From positions 1 through 44,293 of the forward strand of contig CALSCO010000912.1 of assembly GCA_943704415.1 (NCBI GenBank): a stretch of 44,293 bases of DNA, in the 5' to 3' direction. Below, piece by piece: positions 21,411-35,207 of the stretch. Position 1 is the first letter of the stretch; each line of letters opens with the position of its first letter. The notes under the pieces were generated by a model. It saw only the letters and a list, made by a program, of their open reading frames with translations. It was not told the DNA's origin and searched no databases. This DNA comes from Parvularia atlantis. Lineage: Eukaryota. A program made the position numbers and the translations under genes.

Positions 21411-23433
21411 CGCACCTGCTGGGCCCGCCGCCAGCGCGAGCACGCCAGCACTCGCCGCCAAGCCGGGCGAGAGTGGCGATATGACGCTCGCCCGCAGCGA
21501 CATGCTCGAGCGCTTCCTGGACCTGTTTGAGCGGCCGCTGGCGCATGCCTTTGACGTGCTGCAGGGCGTGCTGAGCGATCTGCACCAGCGTGTGCGGCTG
21601 CATCGCGTCGGCACCGACGAGCCCGAGCGGTGGGGCCGCTTGGACTGCGTTGACCTCGGGCTCCTTGACGCGGCGCAGCGCGAGCTGTTATCGCTCTTCT
21701 GCATCGGCACGGACCTGCACCCGCTGCACTACCTGATCAACGTGCTGCGCGAGCTGCGCCTGCAGCTGGAGCTGTTTGCGGCGTGCGAAGCGGCCCTGCA
21801 CACGCCGCGGCCGTGGACGAGCTACCTGTGGCCGTCGTCGTGGCTCGCGGGCGGCGACACGGCGCTACTTGGCACGCTGTCGTCGGCCGGAACGGCGCCG
21901 CTGCGCGAGCGCGCCGAGCCGCCGCGGTTCGGCATGCAGCAGGAAGGCAGCGAGCTGCGCATGCGCCTGTGGCGCGCATTCAGCGTGCTCGAGTCGAGCG
22001 AGTTCCGCTTCGCGCTCAAGACAACCATCGCCTTCCTCATCGTCGCCCTGCCCTTCTTCCTGATCGAGGCCCTCCAGGCCTTCCGGTTCTACTGGGCCAT
22101 GTTCACGGTCATCGGCGTGTCGACGCCGTTCCACGGGACCAACATCACCACAGCGACCAGTCGCATCGTCGGCGTGGTCGCGGCCGCCGCGTACGCCGTC
22201 CCGACGTGGCTCGCCGCGAAGGACAACGGCGTTGTGCTCGCGTTCATGTTCATCCCGTACTTTGCCCTGGCTGCGTTCATCAAGGGCGCGACGCCGTACT
22301 TCCGCGTGGGCGTGCAGACGGTCATCACGTACTCGTGCGTGCGAGGCCCGTGCGTGCTTGTGCGTGCCTCGCGCTGACACGCGCGCGGCAGCATCACCGT
22401 GCTCGCGCTGTACGTCAACCGCGACAACCCCAACTACGACTCAATTTACGAGCTCGTGTACAAGCGCACCGTCGCGACGGTCGCGGGCATCATCACCGTG
22501 CTCATCGTCGGCCGCCTGTTTTGGCCGTTCCTGGCGCGCGTCGAGCTGCGCAAGGTGCGGGCACGTGCCAAAACGTCCTAGTCTGCGCTCAGTATCGACG
22601 GCCGTGCAGGTGCTCGCTCGGGCCGTGTACGATGCCGGCCTGGCCTTCACGCAGACCAACTGGCTGTTCTCGCGCGGCTACATCCGTGTGAGCGACACGC
22701 ACGTGCTCGTGCGCCTGCTCTCGATCCTCCAGGCACGCACGCACGCCTTGTGAATGTCACTCGCGCGCGCGCAGCTGACTGCGAGCGCTTTTGCGCCAGA
22801 ACGACCTGAACCAGTGCCGTGAGCTGCTCGGCTGGAGCCGCACCGAGGCGCGCATCAAGGGCCCGTTCAACCGCGCCGAGTTCCGCGCTATAATCGACCG
22901 CGTGCAGCTGATCCACAGCCACCTCGCGTCGGCCGCGACTCTCATCGACCGCGGTGCGCGCTCGGGCGGCTGCCCGCGCGTGCTTGCGCCGCTCACACTG
23001 CGCAGGCGTCGGCATCGAGCTGCGCAGCGAGGTGCTGGTGCTGCTAAAGGATGAGCGGCGCGAGTACTTTATGACGATCGCGCAGCTCTTCTACGTGATC
23101 GCGTCGTCTGTGCGGACCAAGTTCCCGTGCGTGCCAGCCCGCACACGCACAACGACCTCCTCATACTTACGCATGTGCAGGCTGCCGTCGTACGTGCCCG
23201 ACCCGTCGTGCTCGGTGCACCGCCTGCTCCGGCGCATGCGCACGCTGCCGGTTATGCACCAGCGCTTCCCGCCCGGCAAGCTGATCCACTACTTTGCCTT
23301 CCTCGAACTGATCAAGGAGATCACGCACGAGCTCGCGCACATTCGCGCGTCGGTGCAGCGCCTGTACGGCGTGAACCACATCTTTGCGCTTGCGTCCGAG
23401 GAGCGGTACCAGCATCTCAGAGCGATTGTGTAA
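19561..23433 (+). CDS. FUSC/ALMT-like (aromatic acid exporter superfamily) membrane protein with duplicated TM blocks
   Basis: Two hydrophobic blocks separated by a long Ser/Pro/polyQ loop. EFRFALKTTIA...YWAMFTVIGVSTPFHGTNITTATSRIVG; YKRTVATVAGI...RLFWPFLARVELRK; TEARIKGPF. Confidence 0.8.
21358..21409 (+). repeat. (CAG/CAA)n polyQ-coding microsatellite
   Basis: In-frame glutamine run within the transporter loop. Confidence 0.9.
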
Positions 23434-23469
23434 TCCTCGCGCACGTGTACAGCCGCGCGCCGCATTCTG

Positions 23470-25200
23470 CTAGATGCCAGCGACCTCGCGGATGGCTGCG
23501 GCGAGCCGCTCGGCCGCGACAGCGAGCGCGGCGGCGTCGTTGTACGTAAAGCCGACGCGGATGTGATTCGGGTACTGCGACGCACGCGTGTGGGCTCGGC
23601 AGTTGTCGGCACAGCAGCAGCGTGCGCGCACCTGCTTGCGAATGGTTGACCAGTTGCCGGGCTGGAAGATGACATGGTACTTGGTGCGAGCCAGCTCGAG
23701 CAACTGCTGCACGCGTCAGATGGCGCAGCACGCGCCCGCACGCACGAGCGCACCGCCTCGGCATCGACGCCCTCGGGCAGGCGCGCCCACACGAAGAAGC
23801 CACCGTCCGGGTCGTGCATGCTGATCGCACCCCGCGGCAGGTGCGCCCGCAGGCCCGCCGTCAGCACCGCGCAGCGCTCGGCGTAGGTCGCGCGGGTGAA
23901 CTCGAGCAGGTCGTCCAGGCGGCGTGTCTCGAGCGCCACGCGCATGATGCCTGACGTGAGGTGGTTGGGGCTGCCGCCACTGTAGTAGATCCCGCTGCTC
24001 GGCGAGTGAGGCTGGGGGCTCGACGCGCGTGCTGGCGAGCGCGCGCACCTCTGCGCGATCACGTTGATAATCCACTCGCGCGTTTCGATCCAGCCCAGAC
24101 GCAGGCCCGGCCCGAAGATCTTTGAAAACGAGCCTGCGCCCACGCGTGTGATCTGCCATTCGCGGCGTCGCACGGGAGCGCACGCACCGTTGCTGATGAC
24201 GCAGCCGTGCCCTTCCGTGTCGAGCGCGACGAGCCGCGGCGGGGGCGACGGCCGCCCGGGGAAGCGGATGAGGTCGTAGCTGCGCGCGCGGCAGACGTCA
24301 ACGGCCCGCTCGCCTGCCGTGTGCGCAGGTGCCACAAACACGTCGTCGCAAGCGATCAGGCAGCCGTGCTTGCGCGCGCACGCAATCAGCTCGTGGCGGC
24401 GCGCGAGCGGCAGCGTGGCCGAGGTCGGGTTGCAGAATGTGGGCACGAGGTAGATCTGCGCAGCGGTGGGCGACGGCGGGGCAGGCATGCACGCGCGCGC
24501 ACCAGCGCCGAAAACACGTCCTGGTGGCCGGGCTCGGCGGCCGCGTTGGGCTGCACGCCGTGCTCGGCGAGGGCCGCGGCGAGCTCGTCCATGCACATGC
24601 CGTCGTCGTCGCTGCGCACGGGCACGATCGTGAGGCCCGCGTCGCGGAAGATGTCGCGCGCCACAAAGTAGCACGGGTCCTGCGCTGCCGCGATCAGCAC
24701 GCTCATTGTCCGCGAGCCGCGCGACGCACGGGCACGAAGACGCATCGGCCCGGGCGCATGAACAGGTGGCACAACACCGTCAGCCCGAACGACGCGCCGC
24801 TCGTCACGACCAGGCGCTCGCGCAGCACGTCGCCGCCGCCGTACTGGCGCGTGAGGAAGCGCGCGAGCTGCGTGAGGAAGCCGCCGTCGCCCTGGCGCGT
24901 CGTCTGAGCGGCGTACTGCACCTACGCACACGCACGCACACCATCGTCGGCCCGTACTGGAACAGGCTGTTGGCCGTGGGCCGGCGCAGCGCCTCGGCGG
25001 CCGCGGCCTCGTACACGGCCCGGGCCGCGACGAGCACGACCTCGTCGGGCGCGCCGACGCCGAGGGAGATGTCGCCTGGTGCGCGCATCAGCGTCACAAT
25101 CAGCAGCAGCGGCGGCGGCGGCACCCGGCGCGACGTTGAAGAGCGTGCTGCCGTCCTCGGCCGGGAACTCGTGCTGGACGAGCAGCTGCAGATGCGCCAT
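23470..25200 (-). CDS. PLP-dependent class I/II aminotransferase (2-aminoadipate/aromatic, MocR-like subgroup)
   Basis: [66 protein letters not shown] (PLP Lys), [19 protein letters not shown]. Confidence 0.92.
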
Positions 25201-25245
25201 CGGGCGTGGGTGCGGTGGGTGCGTCACGGTAGTGACGATTACATC

Positions 25246-28200
25246 ATGTCAGGCAACTGTCTGGCATCGGACGGGCCGTGCCTCTGCGCGCCCGCCGCGC
25301 CCCCCGCGGCCGCCGCGGCGCGGGCCACGGGCAAGGCGAAGCAGCCGCCACCGCAGCAGCAGCAGCCGAAGCAGCAGCCGCAACAGCAGCGCACCGTCAA
25401 CTCGGTCTTTGCTGACGGTGAGAGCAGAGCAGCACAGCAGCACGTGGCGGCGGCTGACGCGCACGCCGTGCCCCCGCCCGCCAGTGCCAGAGAAGGTCTC
25501 GTTCCCGGGCGAGGAGACGGCGACGCTCGCGTTCTGGGAGGCGATCGACGCGTTCAAGACGTCGCTCAAGATGTCCGAGGGCCGCCCGCCCTACACCTTC
25601 TACGACGGCCCGCCCTTCGCCACGGGCCTGCCGCACTACGGCCACCTGCTCGCGGGCTCGATCAAGGCGCGCGATGCGATGCGGCAGGCATATTGCTGCT
25701 CAGTGGCTGACGACACGCGACGCAGGACATCGTCACGCGCTACTGGCACCAGCAGGGCCGCTACGTCGAGCGCCGCTTCGGATGGGACTGCCACGGCCTC
25801 CCGGTCGAGTACGAGATCGACAAGAAGCTCGACATCAAGGCGCGGCCTCGCCCCCCCCCCCCCCCCCCTTCCCGAAGGATGCAGCGGTGCTGACGGCGCG
25901 CACGCGATCGGCGCGGCCGCGCAGAGCAAGGACGATGTGATCAAGATGGGCATCGCAAAGTACAACGCCGAGTGCCGCGCCATCGTCATGCGCTACGCCA
26001 AGGCACGGGCTCGCCGGTCGACACGCGCGTGGCAGGCCCCCCCTCACGCACCGCGCCGTGCAGGAGTGGGAGGTCACGGTCAAGCGCATCGGCCGCTGGA
26101 TCGACTTCGAGAACGACTACAAGACGCTCAACGCGGACTTCATGGAGTCGGTCTGGTGGGTGTTCTCGGAGATGCACAAGAAGAACCTCGTCTACCGCGG
26201 CTTTAAGGTGCGTGCCAGCGTGACGACGGAGCACGTGCGCATCCCTCGTGACGTGCGTGCACGTGCCCAGGTCATGCCGTACTCGACCGGCTGCACCACG
26301 CCGCTGTCCAACTTCGAGGCCGGCCAGAACTACAAGGACGTTAACGACCCGGCCGGTATGCGGTGCCGCGCCGCGACCCGGTGTGCGTGCCGTGCCTCAC
26401 GCGCGCGGCGCCAGTCATCGTCTCGTTCCCGCTCGTCGACGAGCCCGAGACGCTCGTGCTCGCGTGGACGACGACGCCGTGGACGCTGCCGTCCAACCTC
26501 GCGCTGTGCGTGCACCCGACGTTTGAGTACGTCAAGATCAAGGGTGCGTGCGCGCCTGTGCACTGACGCGCTGCGCCTGCTGACCCGTGCGCACGCGGCA
26601 GACACTGCCACCGGGCAGACGTACATCCTGCTCGAGAAGCGCCTGTCGCAGCTGTACAAGAACCCAGAGAACCAGGAGCAGTACAAGGTGCGCGTCTGTC
26701 GTGTGCGGCGCGCAGAAGCTCACGAGGCCGCAGGTGCTCGACCGCTTTGTGGGAGCCAAGCTCGAGGGCAAGCGCTACCTGCCGCTGTTTGACTACTTCT
26801 ACGAGGCACGCACCCGGCGCGTGTGCTGTGTGCGTGCGTCTGTGCTGAGCGATCGCCGCAGCGCATGAAGGGCACGGCGTTCTGCGTCGTGATGGACACG
26901 TACGTCACGGACGACAGCGGCACGGGCATCGTGCACCAGGCGCCCGCGTTCGGTGAGGACGACTTCCGGTGCACCGCCCTCGTGCGCGTGCCACGCTGCG
27001 CGCTAACCGCAGCACCGCCAGCATTTGCCTCAAGTACGGCGTGTTCGACCGCGAGGAGATCATCTGCCCCGTCGACGAGGTCGGGCGGTTTACGAAGGAG
27101 GTGACGGATTTTGCGGGCAAGTACATCAAGGTGCAGCCTGGTCAGTGCGCCAGCGGGCGCCGTTGCTCACGCGCGCTGGCGGCAGGATGCCGACAAGGAC
27201 ATCACCAAGATGCTCAAGGCGAAGGGGCGCCTCGTTCACAGCGGTACGCTCATGCACTCGTACCCGTTCTGCTGGCGGTGCGCGCGCTGCGCTCAACGGA
27301 CCCGTGCACGGCGGGGCTGAGCGCACGTGTCGACAAGCTCCGACACGCCGCTCATTTACAAGGCCGTGCCGTCGTGGTTCATCCGCGTCGAGCAGCTGGT
27401 CGAGCGCCTGCTGGCCAACAACAAGCAGAGCTACTGGTGCGTGCGCCCGGCCGTGTCACAGCGCTTCTGACGCGGTGCGCGGCCAGGGTGCCCGAGTTTG
27501 TGCAGGAGAACCGCTTCGGCAACTGGCTGCGCGACGCGCGCGACTGGGCCGTCTCGCGCAACCGCTACTGGGGCACGCCGATCCCGCTGTGGGTCAGCAG
27601 CGACGGCGAGGAGGTGCGGTCCGCGAACGTGGCCGCCGTCGTGCTGAGCGCTCAGCCCTCAGATCGTCTGCGTCGAGTCAGTCAAGCACCTCGAAGAGCT
27701 CTCGGGCGTGCGCGTGACCGACCTGCACCGCGAGAGGTACGTACGCACGACGGCCAAGTGTCGGTCGCGATGCTGACGTGCGCCGCAGCATCGACCACAT
27801 CACGATCCCGTCCAAGATGGGCAAGGGCGATCTGCGGCGCGTGGAGGAGGTTTTTGACTGCTGGTTCGAGTCGGGCAGGTGCGGTACAAAGTGGCTCTCA
27901 GAGGAGGCACACAGCTGACCCTGAGCGCGCAGCATGCCCTACGCCCAGCAGCACTACCCGTTCGAGAACCGCACCAAGTTTGAGTCGGCCTTCCCCGCCG
28001 ACTTCATCGCCGAGGGCCTTGACCAGACGCGCGGGTGGTTCTACACGCTGCTCGTCATTTCGACCGCGCTGTTTGACAAGCCGCCGTTCCGCAACCTGAT
28101 CGTCAACGGCCTCGTCCTGGCCGCGGACGGCAAGAAGATGTCCAAGCGCCTCAAGAACTACCCGGACCCGAGCGAGATCCTGAACAAGTACGGCGCCGAC

Positions 28201-30120
28201 GCGCTGCGGTGCGTGACACACGCGCTTTGCTTGGCGGCGGCTGACGTGGCGGCGCAGGCTGTACCTGATCAACTCGCCCGTCGTGCGCGCCGAGACGCTG
28301 CGGTTCAAGGAGGAGGTGAGGACCGCGCCCGAGCTGGTCGACAATGCGCTGACGCGGCCGCGCGCGCGAGCCAGGGCGTGAAAGACGTGATTAAGGACGT
28401 GTTCCTGCCGTGGTTCAACGCGTACCGCTTCTTTGTGCAGAACGTGCACCGCCTCGAGCTGGAGACGTCGCACAAGTTCAAGTATGACGCGAACGGTGCG
28501 GGTGCTGCTGCTGTGTGTGCACCTAAGCGCGCGGCTGACCGCCCGCCCGACCGCGCGCAGGCACGATCAACGTGTCTAACACGATGGACCGGTGGCTGCT
28601 CGCGTCGACGCAGTCGCTGATCAAGTTTGTGCACAAGGAGATGGGCGCGTACCGGCTGTACACGGTCGTGCCGCGGCTCGTGCGGTTCATCGAGGACCTG
28701 ACCAACTGGTACGTGCGGCTGAACCGCCCGCGGCTCAAGGGCGTGCACGGCACGGAGGACTGCCTGAACGCGCTGAGCACGCTGTACGAGTGCCTGCTGA
28801 CCCTGTGCCGCGTGATGGTGCGGGTCTGCGCGCACGCTGCCGCCAGGGCCGCGCTCATGCCGTGCGCCGACGCAGGCGCCTTTCACGCCGTTCCTCACCG
28901 AGCACATGTACCAGAACCTGCGGCGCGCCCTGCCCGACACGCCCGACAACAAGTCGGTGCACTTCACGCTCTTCCCGGACGTGAAGGAGTCGTACTTCGA
29001 CGACGCGATCGAGCGCGCCGTGTCGCTCATGCAGCGTGTGATCAACCTCGGCCGCGTCAGCCGCGAGCGCCGCAACCTCCCGATCAAGACGCCGCTCAAG
29101 GAGGCGATCGTGATCCACCATGACCCGCAGGTGCTGTCAGACCTGCGCGCACTCGAGTCGTACATCGTCCTCGTGCGTGGCTCCGCTATCGAGGCAGCGC
29201 AAGGCTGAGCGCGCGGCGCCGTGCAGGAGCTCAACGTGCGCCTGTTCACATGCTCGAGCGCCCAGAGCGGCTTCAGCGAGGTGCTGCGTGCGGACCCCAA
29301 CCTGCCCGTGCTCGGCAAACGCCTCGGCAAGGACCTGAAGGAGGTGCGCGAGTGCACCTGGCACTGCCTCGCGACGCTGAGCCGCGCTCGCAGGTGACGG
29401 CACGCGTTCGTGCGCTCACGACGGCCGAGGTGCGCAAGCTGCAGGACGACGACGGCTCACTGCAGATTGGCGCACACAAGCTGACGGCTGACGACGTGCT
29501 GGTGGCGTGCTGCGGACGCAGTCGGTGGGGCGCGCGGCTGACACGATGCTCCGACAGATCCGCAAAGAGTACGACCTCGGCGGCTCGACCACGCTCGAGT
29601 GCAACAGCGACGGCGACCTCACGGTCGTGCTCGACTGCGTCAACGAGTCGGCGCTGGTGCTTGAGGGCCTGGCGCGGGAGCTGATCAACCGCATCCAGAA
29701 GCTGAGGAAAAAGGTGCGGCGGCCGCGGCGGCCGGTTGTTGTGCGTGCTCACGGTGCAACGCAGGCGTTGCTCAAGGCGGCCGACAACATCGTCACGTTC
29801 TATGAGCTGCAAGACGACGTCAACGACCAGGTGCGTGCCGCTGCTGCGCCTGATGACGCCCCACCCGTCGCTGAGCGGCGCGCAGCTCGCCGAGACGCTC
29901 GTAACGCAGCGCGAGTTCCTGCTGAGCAACCTCAAGGCGCTGCCGCTGCCGGCGAGCGAGATCGCGACGCGCTTCCCGACGGCGCAGGCTATCATCGCCG
30001 AGGACCAGGAGGTGCGCTGTGCCGACGGGACTCGCACGCGCGAGCGGTGCTGACAGTGAGCTCGCGCACGTGCAGATCCGCAAGTCGACGTTGCGCCTGA
30101 TCCTGTACTGGGGTGAATGA
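25246..30120 (+). CDS. IARS1: Cytosolic isoleucyl-tRNA synthetase (more than 20 introns)
   Basis: [84 protein letters not shown]. Stop at 30118-30120. Confidence 0.98.
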
Positions 30121-30237
30121 GGGGTGCTTTTCTGTCGTGCCGTCGCGCCGCGGACGCGCTTCGTTGCCCCCCCCCACCAAAAAAAAATAAAAAAAAAAAA
30201 AATTGCACACAATTACTCCGGGGGCAGGCGGACGTCG

Positions 30238-30911
30238 TCACATCTGCGCGGCGCTGGCTGACACACCGCCGCCGCTGCTCGCGGCGGGCCGGGCCGACTC
30301 CTTGTCAAGCAGCGCGGCGGCGACGCAGGTGCACACGCCCAGGTTCCTGCACGTCTCGTTGCCGCAGTCGTACACGAAGCCCTTGCAGCAGTGACAGCTG
30401 GCCGAGGCGGGGATCCACGTGTCGCGCAGCGCCGCGAGCTCGCCGAGGGTCAGATCCGAGTTTGGGTCGGTCAGGCGCGCGACGGTCTTGTCGAGCTCGG
30501 CGCCGAGGAACGGGTCGATGGCCTCGCCGAGGGGCGTCGTGAGCTGTGCGTACTCCTGATTGCTGCTTGAGCGGTAAAACTGCGTACGCAGCCCGCTCCC
30601 GCCGCCGCCAATGTCGCCGCCGACGTCGAACGAGCCGGCCGAGCCCTCGCTCGCGTCGTCGTCGGGGAAGCCCTCGTCCTCCTCCTCGTTGTACGGCCAC
30701 GCGCCGCCCGCGCCACCGCCGCCGCCGCCGCCGCCGTAGCCGAGCATCGCGGCCGTCTGCGCGTCGATGTCGCCCACGCCGCCGTTGCCGCCGCCGCCGC
30801 TTACGTAGTCGTACGCGTACGGTGGGTAGTCGTAGCCGGGCGGCGGGTACACCGGCCCACCCGCGTAGCCGCCGCCGCCGCCGAGGTGCAGCGCGCCGAG
30901 CCCGCTCTCCA

Positions 30912-30942
<31 letters not shown>

Positions 30943-31122
30943 TTGCGCCAGCGTGGGGCGCGGCGACGGCCGCTGGTGCACGCGCCGCTCGGCCTCCAGC
31001 CGCTCGGGCGCGAGCGGCGAGCTGCTGGCCGAGCCGTACATGCGCCGGCCGTACGGGTGCTGGAACCTGCAGTCGGCGCGGACGCAGTCGACGCCATCGC
31101 GGCACGGCCGCGAGTCGCCCAT
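30238..31122 (-). CDS. Intronless protein with N-terminal CCCH zinc finger, low-complexity middle and C-terminal Cys-rich domain
   Basis: PCRDGVDCVRADCRFQHP (C-x5-C-x4-C-x3-H), Q/G/Y-rich linker, and WIPASASCHCCKGFVYDCGNETCRNLGVCTC. Confidence 0.75.
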
Positions 31123-31191
31123 CGTGCGGTGACGCGGCGACCTCGGAATAGCAAATAATTTCGGCCTAGCGCACACGCGGTAACTGCCACC

Positions 31192-34100
31192 ATGGCGGGG
31201 GCGGCGGCGTCGTTCGGCGCGTTTGCGGCGGGCCTCGCGCGGCGCGACGTGGCGGACGGCGTCGCGACGACGGCGGCGACGGCGGCGACGTTGGCGGATG
31301 GCGCGGAGGCGCGCGAGAGCTCGCGGTTCTGGCACGAGTTCTTCCGTGAGCACCGCGACGAGTTTGCGCGGCGTGCGGACGTGGCCGAGGCGCCCGGCAA
31401 CCAGGACGAGGAGGAGGGGGGCGATCTCGCGGCGCTCGGACACGACGAGCTGCTCGACAAGCTGCACGGCGTAGTGGCACGGCTCACGCGCGAGCTCGAG
31501 CAGATGCGCGACGGAGAGCTGCTCAGGTCCGCCGCGCGCCGCGCGCCCGCCCTCGACCGCTCGCACGTCTCGTCCGCCTCGGCCATGTCAATCGAGATGG
31601 CGCGGCTGCTGCCGCTGGTGATGGGCGTGCGCCGTGACGCCGAGACCGTCGACTTCCCGACGCCGTCGTTTGTACGCCGCGACACCGCCGCAGACGACGA
31701 CAACGACGATTCCGACGACGCCGACACGACCGTGCGCAGCAAGCGCGCCTCGCTGCTCGCCAGCGGCGTCGATCTGCTCAACGGCTCGTTCTACGACGAC
31801 GGCGCCGCACCTGCCAAGACGCCCGCACGCACACACGCACGTGCCCCCGTCCGCGTCTTCAGCCCGCCCTCGGACGACGGCAGCTCGTTCAAGTCGGTCG
31901 GTGCGTCGCCGCCCGCACACCCTTGTCCTGCGCGCGCTGCCAGCTGACCCAGCACGTGTGCAGCCTCATCGCAGCTCGACGATGTCTTTGGCAGCGGCAA
32001 CGGTAGCGGCAACGGCGATGACGACGCTGGCAGCTCGCTCGCGTCAATCGGCCTTGACTCGCTCAACCACCTCGTCCACGCGTTCACGCCGCTGCCGAGC
32101 GCGCCGCCGTCGCAGCGCACGCAGACGCGGCAGCAGCAGCAGCAGCAGCAGCAGCAGTCGGCGTCCGCGGCGGGCGGCTCGGAAACGCGCATCAACGGCG
32201 TCTCACCGGGTGACTTTTTCCGCGAAAAGTCGGGGGCGCTGGGTCGCCTGACGGGCTCGCCGCTGGACCCGCTGGACAAGGTGTGCACATCGGCGCTCAT
32301 GCACGCAAATACGTGGCCGCTGACCGGGAAATGTAGCCGCGCTTCGCCACGCCGCCCGATGCTGCCGCACGCACGGCGCGCGTCAACGCCGGCGACGACC
32401 AGCGCGAATACTTCCGCATGTCGGGCGCGCTGACGACGTCCGAGGACCCCGTGGCGCACACGTTCGCGTCGCTGTGGCCGCGCGCGCCCGTGCCGCCGGT
32501 GGCGCGGTCCGACCTGCCGTCTACCGTGCGCCAGCCGCACGCAGCAACGGCTGGCCCGTTTGGGCAGCAAGCCGTGCGCCAAGAACATGCGGCGGCGGCT
32601 GGCCCGTTTGAGCAGCCTGACGTGCGTCTGGTGACACAACACGACCTGCTCAGCACGATGCGCATGGAGCCTGCCCTGCGCCACCCGTTCGGCACGATGC
32701 ACGAGCAACCCGCTGCACGCCACCTGCAAACGGCGACGGCCGAACCCTACGGTGCCATCGCGCACGAGCCGTTCGAGCAGCACGCCTCACGCCAACTGCA
32801 CACGGCCGCCAACAGAAAGACAGCCCCCGCACCGACCGTGCAGCAGCGTGCAGCTCCACAGGACGACGACAATAACGACGGCGACGACGACACGGTGACG
32901 CTGACGCTGTCGTCCCACCGCAGCCTACCAACCGTGCTCCACGGCCCCACCAGCCGGCACGCGCCCCTGTCGTCCACCAGCCTCGGCGCGACGGTGCAGC
33001 GCGGCGACAGCAGCAACGTTGTCGTGCTCGCGCCGAGCTCGGCGGGCATGAGCTTTGGCGCGGTTGCCACGCCACAGACGCGCGAGGTCGTCGTGGTCAA
33101 CGTCGGTCGCAAGCCCGCGTACGTCCGCGCGCTCGTCAAGGCCGCCGCGCCCAACAACGCCCTCGCGCTGGACCTGAACGCGCGCTCCATCACGCTCGAG
33201 CCCAACCGGCACGTTGCGCTGCGCATCACAGTCAAACCCGTCAGGGCCTACCGCGGGCCTGTGGCCGACTGCCGGTGCGCCGCAAGAGGCCTGCCGTGCA
33301 TGGTTGCGCTCACTCACACACGCGCGCGCGCGGCAGGTGGATGCTGGACGTGCTGAGCGTGGACCACGACTTGCGCGTGGCGGCCGCGACGGGCGCGGCA
33401 CAGCAAGAGCTCTTGAACCAGGCAACGCAGGTGCACCGGCTCGACGTCTCTGCCTCGACTGCTGGCACGGGCGACGGCACGGGCGAGGTCGAGCTTGTGC
33501 CACCGAGCGACTGGCACGTCAGCCCCCGCGCGCTCGCCGTGGGCCCGGCCGACGCCGTGCCGCCCGGCTGGACCGTCGTCGTGACCAACACGTCCGACGT
33601 CGACATTGTCTTTGAGGCGTCATGGCCGGCGGTGTGCGCACACCAGCCGCTGCGCGCTGGCTGCCGGCTGACGTTGTGGCGCGGCAGGCGCATCTAGACG
33701 TCTTCCCCGCCACGGCACGCGTGCCCGCACACGCAGGACGCAAGCTGCACGTCACGCCGCTCAACCTCAGCGGTCGCACGCACGGTGCGCGCTCGTGACC
33801 TGCGCGCTTCCGCTCGCTCACACAAAGCTGCGCGCGCAGACTGGCGCGGACGGATAACGATCGCCGCGGGTACGCACGTGCACCACGTCGACGTCGCCAT
33901 CGCCGCATCGAGGCTCACGGTCAACGGACGCGTGGGTGCGCGCCTGAGGCCGCTTGTCCGGCTACGACTCTCACACTTGTGCATCCGACCAGGCGCGCCG
34001 TCGCAGCAGCCAAGCGTCGTGAGCGTGCCGACGTCGGCAAACTTCCCCGCGGTGCTGGTTGGGCGCAGTGCCGAGCGCTTCATTGTCGTCGAGAACCGCT

Positions 34101-34994
34101 CGGCCGAGCCGCAGACGGTGCAGGCTGCCGTCTCCGGCTCGGCGTTTGCGCTCGCAGCGGGACACGGCGCGAGCTTGTCGGTTGGCTCGCGCAGCGCAGC
34201 ACAGGTGTGCTGCGGCGCGCGCTCCGCGTGGGCGCTGACAGCCCGCGGCAGATCCCACTGCTGTTCAGGCCGGCAGCCGAGGGGCGCTTCGAGGGCAAGC
34301 TCAGCGTGACGGTGCGCGCTGCCGTGCAGCAGGCCGGCTGTGCCGTCTCACCCGCGCGGCACGCAGACGTCGGGGGGCGCCACGACTACGTGCTTCCTGT
34401 TTGGCCTGGGCGTGGTCGGCAGCGAGGACGGCGTGGCGCCGGCACAGGCCGCGAGCGTCTCGGGCTCGCTGCGTGCCGACCGCGCCGTGCTGGACTTTGG
34501 CTCGGTGCCGTACAACGGCGTGGCGGTCGTCCGGTGCGCGTGTGGCGAGTGCGTGCACGAGTGCACTTGCTCACCCGGCAGCACGCGCCGCAGGCACATT
34601 ACGCTGGCTAACCACAGCGACGTCAACTGCACCGTGGTCGTATGCGGCTTGCGTCAGGACGAGGGCCTGTTCCGCGTGAGCGAGGAGCACCAGGTGCGCC
34701 GCTCGCTGTGTCGTCGATCGGCCATCTGACGGCGCGCGGCAGGTCATCCCGCTGCGCCGTCGCCAGTTTGTCAAGGTGCCGGTGACGTTTGTGCCACCGA
34801 CGTCGGCCTGGGAGCGGCCGCCGGGCCGGCACGAGACGAGCGCGGTCTTTGTCAGGTGTGAGCTGCTCGGCGCGGTTGCCCTGCGCGCAGGCTGACCCCC
34901 CGCGGCGTGCAGCGACGCCGACCCCGAGCCCGTTTACGTCTCACTAAGCGCGACCGTGGCGGGCGAGGCCGGAGCGTTGTCGAGGTCTCTGTAA
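31192..34994 (+). CDS. CEP192/Spd-2-like centrosomal protein with multiple ASH/PapD-like domains
   Basis: Disordered N-terminal half, then repeated ASH motifs (MSFGAV...VVVVNVG; NFPAVLVGRSAERFIVVENRS; LDFGSV...HITLANHS). IVFEASWPAAHLDVFP...WRGRITI resembles my recollection of the CEP192 SWPAH segment. Stop at 34992-34994. Confidence 0.7.
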
Positions 34995-35207
34995 CGTGTT
35001 CCACCAGCGACAAGATCAGAAGGGTACACGAGGGCGAGGGCGGTCAGAGGCTGTCGATGTCGGTGTCGATCCACTGGCGGCGCCGCGGCGTCAGCCTGAG
35101 GTGCCGTGCCGCGCCACTCTTCGTAGCTGCTCAGCAGCTGCGTCGCGGTGAAGGTGTGGGCCTTTGACGCCCGTGTTTTTCGCGACCGGAAGCAGCAACT
35201 CTAGCAG

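Noticed and set aside
19826..21710. Long alternative-frame and antisense ORFs (e.g. 19902-21710 -, 19826-21205 +, also 15681-17444 + and 8378-9640 +)
   Set aside because: These are shadow ORFs from high GC and strong codon bias; they are Arg/Ala/Ser-rich and overlap better-supported genes.
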